DNA of 38,799 nucleotides from an uncultured Mollicutes bacterium (GCA_900549915.1 URQF01000002.1:1-38799), one strand, 5' to 3'; shown: positions 17,835 through 28,688, numbered from the stretch's first letter. Notes: generated by a model not told the origin, from the letters alone. Made by a program: numbers and translations.

Positions 17835-17867
17835 TTTGTCCTCCTTCTGCATAATAAATAAAATAAG

Positions 17868-18230
17868 TTACTTGATCCAAAATGGGGTTACTGGAATGAT
17901 ATGAGTATCTGTTACATCAAGCCATGCCTGATACCACTGCTTCAGTTCTTTCGTCTGATCCTCTGAGAGCATCCTGTACCACATCTGTGATTTACCGTCG
18001 AGGAATTTGAAGCATGCCTTTTGGCGTCGTCTTCTTAGGTAATTGTCGTCACTTGACATGTAAGGATCGAGAGAGACAAGGTTCCATTCTCCATCCTTGT
18101 ACTGCCAGTCGTGAAAATATGGAATGGTTGTAAGCTTCTCATAGAGGCTATCATCCACTTCAATCTCGTTTTCGGCATCAGAAACCTCAGGCGAACTGAG
18201 GAGCCCGTCTTTATTGATCTTAACCTTCAT
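17868..18230 (-). CDS. Hypothetical phage protein (fibre-assembly-like C-terminus)
   Basis: I moved the start to MKVKINK (GGAGG lies 6 nt upstream). The C-terminal pattern is WY..L.EDQ..ELKQWYQAWLDVT. Confidence 0.4.
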   Translation of the reverse strand: MKVKINKDGLLSSPEVSDAENEIEVDDSLYEKLTTIPYFHDWQYKDGEWNLVSLDPYMSSDDNYLRRRRQKACFKFLDGKSQMWYRMLSEDQTKELKQWYQAWLDVTDTHIIPVTPFWIK

Positions 18231-18282
18231 AATTTCCTCCATAAGAAAAGGGCCACCGAATGCCTCAGTGACCCTAACAGAT

Positions 18283-19809
18283 TTAATCTAGTGAGAACCA
18301 GAGACAAGGGTAAAAATAATCGCTAAACGAATCATCTTTTAGTTCCCAATCGATTCCAACGACTCTGTAACTTCTACCATACTTTGAATAACTTCTAGTC
18401 ATGAACGGTTTCGTACTACCTAACATAATCATTCTTTCTTTATACCTTGAATATTCTTCGGCACTCAGCAAGAATAATCTTCCGTAGGAATCATCTTCGA
18501 CTATATCTGACTCATTCAGCATTCTAGATTCAAGAGAATTATCTAAAATGGTTTCCAAAACTTTTGAGTCATCCCCAAAACAGATTCCCATTAGTTCTCC
18601 ACCTAAAACAGACTCATTAAGATAACTATTAAGAGATTCGTAGTCTAGATTTCCGTTTTTAATATCTTTAGACAAATCAAAATCATATAGACAATATGGC
18701 TTTTCAGATGTCACAAGTATCTTATCAGAACATTTATCTAGAAGATGCCATCTCATAGGAGGTCTTGAAGTAATTGACCCATTTGCATGCCACTTATATC
18801 TGTTTGATTTATAAGAAAATATTAATTCGGAACCATACTCTGCTCCATATGATTTAGCTATTGAAGTTAGAATAGAAACTAATTTTTTGTCTTTGACTTC
18901 GTCTCCGTAAAGTCCTGTATCTCCGTTTTGAAGGAGAGGGATTTTTATTGCTATCTCTTTTATAACTTCATCTGACGATAGATTTGTAATGTTTCTATCC
19001 CATGAGGTAAAAATATAGTTGTATTCTGAATCATAATAGAAAGGAATAGACGTTCCATCATTCTCATATCTGGGGGATGATCCTTTTTTATATAAGTCTG
19101 TTTTCAGAATTGTTCCATCTGGTGCTTTCCACGTTACTTTGTATCCTTCCCAGTTAATCTCGTCATATAATGCTATAAAGACAGTTGGAGAATAAATTGG
19201 TTGGATTTCTCTATCCCATCCAGCAAATTCGAAATCAGTTATTTGATGGCCGTTTATTTTTCTATCTCTCGTTGGATTGTCAGGTTCAACCGGAATATGC
19301 CCTGCGATTACAGCAGATTCCGAAATTAATGTCCCATCGTAGTCTTCGAACTTTACATTGAAATATTTGTTGGAATCCTCTTCAAACAAAGCATGAATGA
19401 CCATATTCGAATTAATATTGTCGAAATCATTGTCCCATTTTGAAAAGATGAACTTTGTGATAGTTCCATTATTGTTCAAATCGGATTTCGTAGGTTTACC
19501 ACCGTCATATATGGCAGGCATGCCTGGTTCTACAACAGAATGCGTGATTATATTATCATCACCATCTAAAAAATATACGACATATGTTCCGTAACGCTGG
19601 TAGTTATTTGGATCTTCTCCGAGTACAGTAACTTGCCACTCAAAAAAACTAAGGCTACCACCTGCGTTCTTGTAGTCTTCATATTGGTCTTTTTTAGTAT
19701 ATATGCTTACTTCCGTTGTTGGTTCGATTGGATGAGTAGAGCTTGGTCTGTTCTGTACACAGCTTGTAAGAATAAATATCGGAAGGTAGAATAAAATTTC
19801 TTTTCTCAT
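18283..19809 (-). CDS. Prophage-encoded lipoprotein with three Listeria-Bacteroides (Flg_new-type) repeats
   Basis: Signal peptide with lipobox ILTSC. There are three units of the form Y-x-V-x-F...G...P...F-x-GW/SW-D (e.g. FNVKFEDYDGTL...FEFAGWDREI). The C-terminal domain carries RLFLLSAEEY. Confidence 0.65.
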   Translation of the reverse strand: MRKEILFYLPIFILTSCVQNRPSSTHPIEPTTEVSIYTKKDQYEDYKNAGGSLSFFEWQVTVLGEDPNNYQRYGTYVVYFLDGDDNIITHSVVEPGMPAIYDGGKPTKSDLNNNGTITKFIFSKWDNDFDNINSNMVIHALFEEDSNKYFNVKFEDYDGTLISESAVIAGHIPVEPDNPTRDRKINGHQITDFEFAGWDREIQPIYSPTVFIALYDEINWEGYKVTWKAPDGTILKTDLYKKGSSPRYENDGTSIPFYYDSEYNYIFTSWDRNITNLSSDEVIKEIAIKIPLLQNGDTGLYGDEVKDKKLVSILTSIAKSYGAEYGSELIFSYKSNRYKWHANGSITSRPPMRWHLLDKCSDKILVTSEKPYCLYDFDLSKDIKNGNLDYESLNSYLNESVLGGELMGICFGDDSKVLETILDNSLESRMLNESDIVEDDSYGRLFLLSAEEYSRYKERMIMLGSTKPFMTRSYSKYGRSYRVVGIDWELKDDSFSDYFYPCLWFSLD

Positions 19810-19838
19810 GGTAATTCTCCCGATAATATCTTACCACT

Positions 19839-22800
19839 TTAGCAGACAACCATTACCCAAACTTTTGACCGATGACCATCATTTCCTACCCAGACTGTTC
19901 CATCATTATTTATATTTACATTTATGGATTGAAGTTTAGTGCTGCCGCTTAAGCCTCCACTTCCATTCGCAGTTCCAGAATAGTCGTAGGACTGGGAGGC
20001 AAAAATATATCTAGGGTCATCCATTGTCCCAATACACCACCACTGATCCTCATTCATGACTCTTGAAAAGAAATAAACATAGGAAATGGACTCATGTTCA
20101 TCTTCTTCATCGTAATATATATTTCTGGAAAAGGTAAAAACTGTACGAGTACCATACAAAGCTTCTTGTGCCTGAGATGCAATACGTCCCAGATCATATA
20201 ACGCATTATTTTTTCCTTGGATTGAGAAAGAATTCTCAGAATTTTCACCAGTCTTAAAACTTATTCGGTCTGATGATGCAGTTGTATGTAATGAAGTGCA
20301 AATGAGATTATTATCAGAATCTGTGCATAGAATATTGAAGGAGCCGTTTATTGTTGAGTCAGGCCCAGCACCAGGATAATGCATCCGCTTTTCTAAAATG
20401 GAATGAACCTTTATATTGCCACTACCATTGAACTCGGATGCTAATTTCCCTTCATCGTCAAAAGAAGCAGATGATTGACTAGTAAAAATGTTTCCATCAT
20501 AGCGATATTTTAGGATTTCATCGAATTCACTATCGTAACTTTCCTTTCTCATAATTCCGACACTATTAATATCTAGACTTATGAAATAGAATGATGAAAA
20601 AGATAAAAACAAACCATATGTAGGACTTTCAGATGTTCCAGAATTACCTCTAATATCTTCTTCGTTCATAGAATGACCATCTGTTGCAACAATGTCGAAA
20701 TTTTTGCAAACGTCATTTCCACCATGGATGAAACCAGATACTGATAATCCCCCACGAGAAGAGATAACTATATCTATAACTTGTTTCTGCCCTACCCATG
20801 GTCCAACAGTTCCTTTTATATGTACTGCGCCAGCATTGTGGTCGTCTTGTGTTGAGGTTAAAGTTCCAATATATAAGAATCCATGTTTACCTTTTAAGTC
20901 ACCAATTACTTTAAAGATATGTCTGAAAGGATCGTTATTTGTATTAGGATATACATTTCCAAAGAAATTTCCATTGATGCTGGAGTTAGCCATATACATA
21001 TTTCCGTATTTGTCTAGCCTGAATCCTCCATGTCCTTTCTCCCACTGATATTTCATAATGTCAGCATGTTCAGTTTTTGTATCAATTTTGACTTTTGTAT
21101 TCCCAAAAGAATATGGGTACTTGAGTCCTTTTGATGCATAATTGAGAATATAATCCTTTGCGTTCCTTCCGATTCGGATTCCTTCTGTTCCAATATATAT
21201 ACCTTCATCATCTACTATCTTCTGTTCTGCAGCTTCATTGACGAATTGTATAATCTGTCCAATTTTCGAAAATACTTTCTTTCCAATTATTGCATTACTG
21301 ATGACTTTATAGCTGGTTTTCTTCTCGAATTCAGAGAATTCTCTTGGATAATAGATAGACTTATCAGAAATATAGAGTCCGCCAATCTGTCCTTCAGTAG
21401 AAGTAATCTTTCCATTGATTTCACAGTTATCCGCTTCTATTTTTCCATCGGCAGTGACCTTAAAGTTGGATTCTGTAATATTATCAGAGCTGTCTGCCAC
21501 TCGCTGGTTGAGATGGATTCCGTCCGTCCCGATATATAGTGCTGCCTTAGGTGAGCTGATATTAGACTTAGCAGCGATACTATCAACAGTCGTATCGGCT
21601 GGATTGATGGCGGTTCCTACGTTCTTAACGTCGTTGTCAGCAGTTTCATAGTCTGAACATGCTTGTATATATGCCGATTCGGCAGCAGTCTTGGAAGCGT
21701 CAGCATTGTTAATAGATTCATTAGTATCATCACTGATGGCACCATTCAGACTCTTTTCCTGCTCGCCATAGGCTTTTGCTTCATTTAATGCACTAACAGC
21801 AAGATTTAGAGCATCTAATGCTTTCATCCTTACATTACGTGCATCATCCCGAGTTTTCTTTAAGTCAGCCATTTCAGAATCGCTTGGAAGCTTTACGAAA
21901 GAGCCGTTTACCAGTTTTCCATTTTGAATATCGAAGTTAGCGATGTGACCCTCGTTCGATTCCACAACATCAGCTGTAATTTTCCCAGTGATATTCGCAG
22001 AGGGAACTGTCAACACACCACCTTTGACTGTGGCTCCGCCTATATGCATTTCGGTTCCGATGATCGTTCCATCGGATAACGCTATTAGTCCTTTCGGATA
22101 GAGCTTGAATACCCGTACATTCCCGACCACAGCTTCCTCTCCGTCATAAGAGTATCCTACACCGATCAGGCATTCTTCATTCCATGCCGTTGGGACTCTC
22201 AGTACTCCATCACCGGAGGAGGGCGACGAAACTGTCTTTTTTATACGGCTATATGATGTTGAATCGGCTGTATAATGGACAATATATCTAGCGATTGCGG
22301 TAGAACCTGATTTGTCATAGAATGCGAATTTAAGATCCAAGCTCTTTGTTGCACCAATGACATCGAACATGACCTGGAAATAATCATCTGGTTTTAAAGC
22401 CTTTCCGGAAGGAAATTTAATCTTAAAGCTACGGCTTGCCTGGAAGAAAGTGGAAAGTTTACCATCTAATCTGTCACTTCCGTCGTAATCATCCGGTTTT
22501 GTAGAGGGCATCTCACCCATGCGCAATCCATCGTTTGATAGATATACACCATTTGTTTCAGGTGTTGTCAGCGTGTTATAGCTGTCAATTGGATTCCCAT
22601 CAGCGTCACGGTTTGTAAAGCTCCGGATTCCATTCTCGTCTATCCTAAAGCCTTTAGCATCGATATTGCCATTGAGTTTAGCATTCTTTAGACGTTCTTC
22701 GACCAGTGCGGCTGCGCCTTGTTGTCCTTCTGCTAATTTATTTGCCAGATCAATAGAAGCAGCGTTGTAATCCTTTATTGCCTGCTGATATTTTGATTCA

Positions 22801-25800
22801 GCATTTTTCAAATTTTCTGTTGCTGTAGAATTAGCTTTCTCGGCATTTTGATAGTCAGTAGTAGCTGCGTTCAACTTATCCTTTGCATCAGACAGATTGC
22901 TTGCAGCAGTGGAATTCGCTGATTTCGCACTGTTATATTTCGTTGTAGCATCGGCCAATTTGCTTTCCGCATTACTCAGATTCGTGGCAGCGGTCGAGTT
23001 GGCTTGCTCGGCATTACCATATTTGGTTGTCGCATCATCCAATTTACTCTTGGCATCAGCAAGATTGTCCTTAGCAGTATTATTAGCTGTTTCAGCAGCA
23101 TTATACTTATTTGTGGCATCAGCTACTTTTTCGTTGTAGCTTGCTTCAGCAGCGGTGACACTGTCATTATATTTCTTTGTGGCAGCGTCAATTTTGGCCT
23201 GACTGTCTTTTGCCGCGGCATCATACTGTGCCTTTGCATCAGCAACAGACTTATCGTATTCTGTCTTAGCGTCATTCAATGTACTCTGGTACTGGTTCTG
23301 CGCAGATTCTAGTTTTCCGGCTGCATCATCACTTGCCTTTTTTGCCGCATCGTAAGATGATGAAGCATTCTGAAGGTTCTCCTCTGCCTTAGCTAATTTA
23401 TTCGCAGCAGTTTCACTATCTGTCTTTGCAGTATCATAAGCCGTTTTTGCGCCATTGTAGCTTGTCTGAGCATCATTTAATTTAGATGCTGCAGCGTCAC
23501 TATCTGTCTTTGCAGTATTATAGGCATCTTTTGCACTTCCGTAGTTTGTTTCAGCCTCTTTGAGTTTTGAGGTCGCTTCACTATTAGCAGAGGCTGCGCT
23601 GTTGTAGGCATCCTTAGCAGTGGAATATTCGCTTTCGGCTTTGGTGACTCTGTCGGCAGCACTATTGGCATTGCTCGCTGCAGAATTAGCAGAACTAGCA
23701 GCATTATTGGCATTCGAGGTCGCATTATTCAGATCTTCTTTGACGTCATCATCCAATTGCCCGATTGTAATACTCCCGTCAATATTTGCCGACTTCACAT
23801 GCAAATTCTTAGCTGTGACATTCGTTGTCTCGATTGTGTCGTTTACAATTTTAGTAATTCCGCCGCTGTCAACCTTACCATCTCCGCTACCAATCTGAAT
23901 ACTTCCTCGAATATTAGCTGCTGGAACTTGTAATTCTCCATCGACAATCTGACAGCCTCCGATACTTCCGGAGTTTGCGATAATCTCGCCATAGATTTTA
24001 GCGCCATTAGCAACTAAATATCCATCTGAATTGACAGAGAAAGAAGTATTATTCTCACCATTTTGAATTTCTATACTGCCACCTGTGATATTCAATCCAT
24101 TGGCAGTGACGTGACCTTCTCTATCGACTTTGAAGACAGTACCGTCATCACCTGTGATATTGATCTGACCGCTCTTTACGTCAATATCTCCAGATACTTT
24201 AATTTGTCCAGCGGAAAGTGTCTGAGAAATACTGGCATTATCAGCAACTAACATCTTGGCGACAAGTTTGTCAAGCTCGAACTGCGAGGCCTCCAAAATG
24301 CCTGTGCATTTAATACGCTCGGTTTGCAGCTGTCCAATCTGTGCCTTGCTCAATTTTGCATTGATTGCCTGAATATAGTCCGCTGTCACGGTTCTTGCAA
24401 CAATCTGGGATACCTTGTTCTCATCAGTATACCCAGTATCATTAGTAAGCGATGAGACATTATCACCAGTAGAAATCGAGCTGTCGCTAAGAGTATCTTT
24501 CTTCTCTCCTAACTCGATTTTCGTGTAAGAATTAAGGATAGCATTATACTCCGTAGAGATAACTCTTAGTTTCTCATCTACACCCAAATCTGGATAGATG
24601 ACTCCAACAGTATCTCCAATCTCAACAGATTTCAGAATCTTGAGATTATCAGCCTCTGTGATGCTCCATAAATCGAGGAATGAAACATCGGTAGACTTTT
24701 TGATTTTCCCAAGTTTATGTTTCTTGATATATTGTTGTGCTTTCTGTTTCAGTTTCTCTTTGGTCGGCTCTGACTCGAATTCAGAACTGAGATCTAGAGG
24801 AAGAACATACTGATGTTTCCTTGCTTTGGCATCATCAGTATCAAGTTTGATGAACTTCTCGTCGAGCTCGACATGGATAACCTTACTAGTTTCGGTTGTT
24901 GTTGATGCCTCTGATTGTGGAATGACTTCCGAATAATAAATGATCCTGTTCGAAGAAATATTGGATAAATCGGTAACCTTGCCATCGAAGACGACATCTC
25001 CTGCTTTATGGAATGTCCATCCTGACGTATCAGTCAGTTTTTTGAAATATCCATCCTTGACTGCATTACAGGAAACAACTGGGAATTTAGACCAGTTGAT
25101 CTTAATCCATTCTGGGTCTTTTCCCATTCCCTCGATCAAGGTAACACTCTGATTGTATACTTTTTCTTCATATCGAGACGTCTTTGAGTTCCAACAATAA
25201 ATTTTATCCTTATACTGACCTTCCGTAGCAACCTGGACTCCTGATTCATCTACAGGATGATATGGCTCACCACCTTCGCTATAAGATAACCATCCATCTT
25301 GATATGGTTTGTTTCCAACGATATAGACCTTAGTGAATCCAGCGTCCGTAGTATTGGTCGTTGTCGATGTTGTTTCTTTGTGATAAAAAGGATAGACAGC
25401 AGAATATAAATTCTCAGTTGTAGTCTCCTGAGTCATGTCAGTCCTATTCTTCGAATATCTGACCTCAACTCCCTTATCAGATCCACGTCTGCTGCAGAAT
25501 ATAACATTCCATTTGTCATACTTAAATTCAATATCATAAACGGAGCCAATTGAACCAGTAGTGCTTTCATCCGAGCTTGCACTATTGTCACCAGTTGCTG
25601 TCAGGAGAGCTTTAAGATTAGTCGGTGCCGTGAGCTGAAAAGTTTTATAAAATTTCTTATCGATAGAACGAGCGTTTATGAATTCGAACTTGTTTTCGAT
25701 AAGACAGTTTTTCTTGATGTTGTTTATTGTGTCAAGAAAATTAGCTCCTTTAAAACCGCTGACTGGGATGCCGTTCATATCGTATGAAATATGATTGGCA

Positions 25801-26060
25801 TCCACAGTAACGATTCCGTTAATAGGACGACTGATGCTTGCTATTCTGAAAGGCTGTGGGTCAGAAAATGGGTTCGGCTTGCAGTAGATAAGTCTGTTTT
25901 CACGAATCTTATCAAAAATCTGCCCCTTAACAGGGTATTTCAGCGAAAGAGTGTACTGATCATTAAGTCCTTCGGAAACCGTGCATTCTGTTGCATCCCG
26001 TAAAACCCCAAGTCCTAAACTGTCGAACTTGGTTTCATCCTCTTCAAATAGCAAAATCAT
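19839..26060 (-). CDS. Giant tail-associated protein (Tal / phage minor structural protein, 2073 aa)
   Basis: The N-terminus MILLFEEDETKFDSLGLGVL...LNDQYTLSLKYP matches the conserved start of siphophage Tal / prophage-tail endopeptidase-type proteins. The gene follows Dit. It has a central Ala/Asn-rich coiled coil, a long C-terminal region and an AGGAGG RBS. Confidence 0.8.
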   Translation of the reverse strand: MILLFEEDETKFDSLGLGVLRDATECTVSEGLNDQYTLSLKYPVKGQIFDKIRENRLIYCKPNPFSDPQPFRIASISRPINGIVTVDANHISYDMNGIPVSGFKGANFLDTINNIKKNCLIENKFEFINARSIDKKFYKTFQLTAPTNLKALLTATGDNSASSDESTTGSIGSVYDIEFKYDKWNVIFCSRRGSDKGVEVRYSKNRTDMTQETTTENLYSAVYPFYHKETTSTTTNTTDAGFTKVYIVGNKPYQDGWLSYSEGGEPYHPVDESGVQVATEGQYKDKIYCWNSKTSRYEEKVYNQSVTLIEGMGKDPEWIKINWSKFPVVSCNAVKDGYFKKLTDTSGWTFHKAGDVVFDGKVTDLSNISSNRIIYYSEVIPQSEASTTTETSKVIHVELDEKFIKLDTDDAKARKHQYVLPLDLSSEFESEPTKEKLKQKAQQYIKKHKLGKIKKSTDVSFLDLWSITEADNLKILKSVEIGDTVGVIYPDLGVDEKLRVISTEYNAILNSYTKIELGEKKDTLSDSSISTGDNVSSLTNDTGYTDENKVSQIVARTVTADYIQAINAKLSKAQIGQLQTERIKCTGILEASQFELDKLVAKMLVADNASISQTLSAGQIKVSGDIDVKSGQINITGDDGTVFKVDREGHVTANGLNITGGSIEIQNGENNTSFSVNSDGYLVANGAKIYGEIIANSGSIGGCQIVDGELQVPAANIRGSIQIGSGDGKVDSGGITKIVNDTIETTNVTAKNLHVKSANIDGSITIGQLDDDVKEDLNNATSNANNAASSANSAASNANSAADRVTKAESEYSTAKDAYNSAASANSEATSKLKEAETNYGSAKDAYNTAKTDSDAAASKLNDAQTSYNGAKTAYDTAKTDSETAANKLAKAEENLQNASSSYDAAKKASDDAAGKLESAQNQYQSTLNDAKTEYDKSVADAKAQYDAAAKDSQAKIDAATKKYNDSVTAAEASYNEKVADATNKYNAAETANNTAKDNLADAKSKLDDATTKYGNAEQANSTAATNLSNAESKLADATTKYNSAKSANSTAASNLSDAKDKLNAATTDYQNAEKANSTATENLKNAESKYQQAIKDYNAASIDLANKLAEGQQGAAALVEERLKNAKLNGNIDAKGFRIDENGIRSFTNRDADGNPIDSYNTLTTPETNGVYLSNDGLRMGEMPSTKPDDYDGSDRLDGKLSTFFQASRSFKIKFPSGKALKPDDYFQVMFDVIGATKSLDLKFAFYDKSGSTAIARYIVHYTADSTSYSRIKKTVSSPSSGDGVLRVPTAWNEECLIGVGYSYDGEEAVVGNVRVFKLYPKGLIALSDGTIIGTEMHIGGATVKGGVLTVPSANITGKITADVVESNEGHIANFDIQNGKLVNGSFVKLPSDSEMADLKKTRDDARNVRMKALDALNLAVSALNEAKAYGEQEKSLNGAISDDTNESINNADASKTAAESAYIQACSDYETADNDVKNVGTAINPADTTVDSIAAKSNISSPKAALYIGTDGIHLNQRVADSSDNITESNFKVTADGKIEADNCEINGKITSTEGQIGGLYISDKSIYYPREFSEFEKKTSYKVISNAIIGKKVFSKIGQIIQFVNEAAEQKIVDDEGIYIGTEGIRIGRNAKDYILNYASKGLKYPYSFGNTKVKIDTKTEHADIMKYQWEKGHGGFRLDKYGNMYMANSSINGNFFGNVYPNTNNDPFRHIFKVIGDLKGKHGFLYIGTLTSTQDDHNAGAVHIKGTVGPWVGQKQVIDIVISSRGGLSVSGFIHGGNDVCKNFDIVATDGHSMNEEDIRGNSGTSESPTYGLFLSFSSFYFISLDINSVGIMRKESYDSEFDEILKYRYDGNIFTSQSSASFDDEGKLASEFNGSGNIKVHSILEKRMHYPGAGPDSTINGSFNILCTDSDNNLICTSLHTTASSDRISFKTGENSENSFSIQGKNNALYDLGRIASQAQEALYGTRTVFTFSRNIYYDEEDEHESISYVYFFSRVMNEDQWWCIGTMDDPRYIFASQSYDYSGTANGSGGLSGSTKLQSINVNINNDGTVWVGNDGHRSKVWVMVVC
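22740..23735 (-). repeat. In-frame degenerate tandem repeats (Ala/Asn/Ser/Lys-rich coiled coil) within Tal
   Basis: The translation shows about four consecutive 28-aa (84-bp) units of the form ANSTAxxNLxxAxSKLxDATTKYxxAxx, flanked by looser SKLxxAxxxYxxAKxAY units. This low complexity generates the spurious plus-strand ORFs at 22897..23898. Confidence 0.75.
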
Positions 26061-26072
26061 ACAATTTTCCTC

Positions 26073-28688
26073 CTATAACGTCCACCAATTCGGCTTAATC
26101 TTAATCGTGATTCCTTCTATACCGGATTTATCCTGGACAAGATAGTTCAAAAGGTGAGATGTTGTTGGGTCTGAAGAGACCAGAAAATCGCCTTTCTTGT
26201 ACCATGCCCAAGAGGTCTTGTCATCTAAACGATAGTATCCATCTTTCTTGATATAGAGTAGAGCATGAACAGGATTACCATATTCGCTTTCCTCAATCTT
26301 GGATGTATACAGATCATTCTCTGGATACGATGGCAATGATTCCAAATAGTAAATAGTTGTATCATCACTATATTTACTTTCGTTAATCAGGTCACCATTA
26401 CTGAGTTTCTTCCACTCAGCATTTGTGTCCCATTTGTAGTAACCATCTTTAGTGGCGTAGACTCTATATTTAGAATCTACTCTGTCTTCATCCTTCTCTG
26501 CATCAATACCTTCAACCCATTCGAACTTCAGATATGGTGCTAATTCAGTCAACTTATCAAGCTGCTCCTGGTTAAATGAAAGATTATGACTCTGCTCGTA
26601 GCTCGTAGGGAGAGTCTCAATCATGCAGATGGTATTCTCATTTTCAGGACTTCCAAGATCAATGAAAGCGCCAATTTCCAAATCTTTCCACTCAGTCCAG
26701 ACATCACCGTCTTCTGAAGTTGACTCAAGTTTTCTGTATTTAGCTTTCTTTAAGACTTTAATCGACAAATCGCCAGAGTTGAGAATATCTTTCTTATCAT
26801 TGGCGACAACCGTAGAATCCAACCATTCAGGCCATCCTGATGATTTTGAATAATTCACTTTGGTCGCATCGTCAATGAAATAGAAAGTATTCGACTGAGT
26901 AATATCGCTGAAATAGTCTGGAACAGTGTCCCCGACATTGAGATGCTTCCAACTAGAGAACTGCTTTGGATCGTCTTCTTTCTCACAACCAGAGTAATTG
27001 GCTCTGAACCATCCTGCTTTCTTTGCAGTATAAACTGGGATTGTCAACGAACCTGTAACAGTAATAGGGCAAGCAGTTGTGACAATCTTCGTCTTGTTGC
27101 CATTCTTGTCTGTTTTTGTGCCATAAACATCCTCATATTGAGGAAGGACGTCAACATACTTGTAGTCGAGACTGGTCTTTGAATTCCCTAGGCTGCTAAG
27201 CATCGAACTCTGAAAAGCCTGTTTAAACAAACTCCAGGTGACGCTTCCTAAATCATGAGCATCGGCGTCGTAATACTCCCAGCCAGATCGATTCTTACTG
27301 AATTTCGACAACAGACCTGTCTTTTCCGCATAGAAGTATCCAGCCTTGCCAGTCTGATAATGTACCTTCTTCGGAGACCCATCAGAATCATAGTCAATAG
27401 AAATTTTTAGCCAATCAGGCATATCCGAATATTCGACATCCATCTCGGTTTTGCCGTTTACAATCTTGGCAGGGCAGTATTTTATTGTCACCTGACTATC
27501 CTGAGTAGAATCAGCAAGAACGACTCCTCCTGAAGCGACATATTTCCATTTCTTGAAACCAGTCGCATAGAAGTAGCCTCCAGAAGTTAGAGATTTATGA
27601 ACTTTGTAACTATACAAAGCTCTTCCGCTTTTATCTGTTTTTCCTTCCGACACAAGTTCTACAAATCCGGAATCGGAAACATTCTCACTGGTATTTGTAA
27701 GGAATGTGGATGAATAACACTGCTCTTTAAGGATGTCATCGAATGATTTGAATGAGTAGTTTTTTCCTTTCTCCTGAGCGAGTAATGAATAAGCCTCAGC
27801 ATAGAAAACATCCTGGTACGCAATCTTCTTAGAATTGAAAGTTGGGATAACGACTTTCTTCTGCTTTTGTTCAAGAACTCTATCATAAGGAGAATAGACA
27901 ATATCCATCTCAGACTGAGTGTCTGCTATTACGTCGTTATATGATGGTATAGACCTAAGGTTTCTCTCGTATTTTGAAATTGTGACTTTAGTGCTTCCTT
28001 TTGGAAACTTTGGAAAAACTTTTCCGTTGATATTTATCTTACTCGCAAGATCCTGAGTCTGATAGTAGACTTCTTGATTCTCAGAATCTATCGTAATAGA
28101 AGGAGTATCAATGTCTTTGAATGTGACATCACTAATTGTCTCCCCATCATTCTCAAGACTCAGCAGGATTTCAGAAGAAATATCAGGCTTTAATCCTTCA
28201 AGAGTAATTTCAGGAAGTGATGCGAATTGAGAAGGGTTTTCCAAAGAGAACTCATTCGAAGTAAACGATAGTATCTTCTCTCCGCTCTTAAGAAAGCGCT
28301 GGGGTTTGCAATCGAAATCGACCGAAAAACTGATGGCTCCATCACAAATATTAGTGAAAGAGCCACCAGACGAGTATTTAGCCAATCTGTAGGCTGTAGG
28401 ATCGTAATCATCTTCGAGGCGCCGATACCCTCTGTCCGAAGTCAACCACTTTACAATATCTTGCGAATTGGATATGAAATCAGTTCCTGGCTTAAATCCA
28501 ACACCTAAGGAATAGGTTCGAGTGATGTTTTTATATGAACCATTATCAGTAATAACATCTCCGTTTCGTCCAGGAATATGAGTAGATGTAACGTCTTTCT
28601 CTGGATATTGATATGCAGGCGGAGACTGAATCACCAGCCCAAGATCTAGAGAAGATATACCATTCCAAACTAGTTTTTTAAGAGCCAT
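26073..28688 (-). CDS. Distal tail protein (Dit), greatly extended (871 aa)
   Basis: The N-terminus LVWNGISSLDLGLVIQ...THIPGRNGD (Arg is CGA) matches the Sipho_tail/Dit family. It lies between TMP and Tal. About 600 extra residues suggest an evolved Dit with add-on domains. Confidence 0.75.
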   Translation of the reverse strand: MALKKLVWNGISSLDLGLVIQSPPAYQYPEKDVTSTHIPGRNGDVITDNGSYKNITRTYSLGVGFKPGTDFISNSQDIVKWLTSDRGYRRLEDDYDPTAYRLAKYSSGGSFTNICDGAISFSVDFDCKPQRFLKSGEKILSFTSNEFSLENPSQFASLPEITLEGLKPDISSEILLSLENDGETISDVTFKDIDTPSITIDSENQEVYYQTQDLASKININGKVFPKFPKGSTKVTISKYERNLRSIPSYNDVIADTQSEMDIVYSPYDRVLEQKQKKVVIPTFNSKKIAYQDVFYAEAYSLLAQEKGKNYSFKSFDDILKEQCYSSTFLTNTSENVSDSGFVELVSEGKTDKSGRALYSYKVHKSLTSGGYFYATGFKKWKYVASGGVVLADSTQDSQVTIKYCPAKIVNGKTEMDVEYSDMPDWLKISIDYDSDGSPKKVHYQTGKAGYFYAEKTGLLSKFSKNRSGWEYYDADAHDLGSVTWSLFKQAFQSSMLSSLGNSKTSLDYKYVDVLPQYEDVYGTKTDKNGNKTKIVTTACPITVTGSLTIPVYTAKKAGWFRANYSGCEKEDDPKQFSSWKHLNVGDTVPDYFSDITQSNTFYFIDDATKVNYSKSSGWPEWLDSTVVANDKKDILNSGDLSIKVLKKAKYRKLESTSEDGDVWTEWKDLEIGAFIDLGSPENENTICMIETLPTSYEQSHNLSFNQEQLDKLTELAPYLKFEWVEGIDAEKDEDRVDSKYRVYATKDGYYKWDTNAEWKKLSNGDLINESKYSDDTTIYYLESLPSYPENDLYTSKIEESEYGNPVHALLYIKKDGYYRLDDKTSWAWYKKGDFLVSSDPTTSHLLNYLVQDKSGIEGITIKIKPNWWTL

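Noticed and set aside
22740-23898. Periodic DNA and the plus-strand ORFs 22897..23139, 23004..23312 and 23620..23898; a CRISPR-like or antisense-gene explanation.
   Set aside because: The periodicity is 84 bp and in frame with Tal, encoding a coiled coil. There is no spacer/repeat architecture. The antisense ORFs are Ala/Leu/Ser low-complexity artefacts of the repeat.
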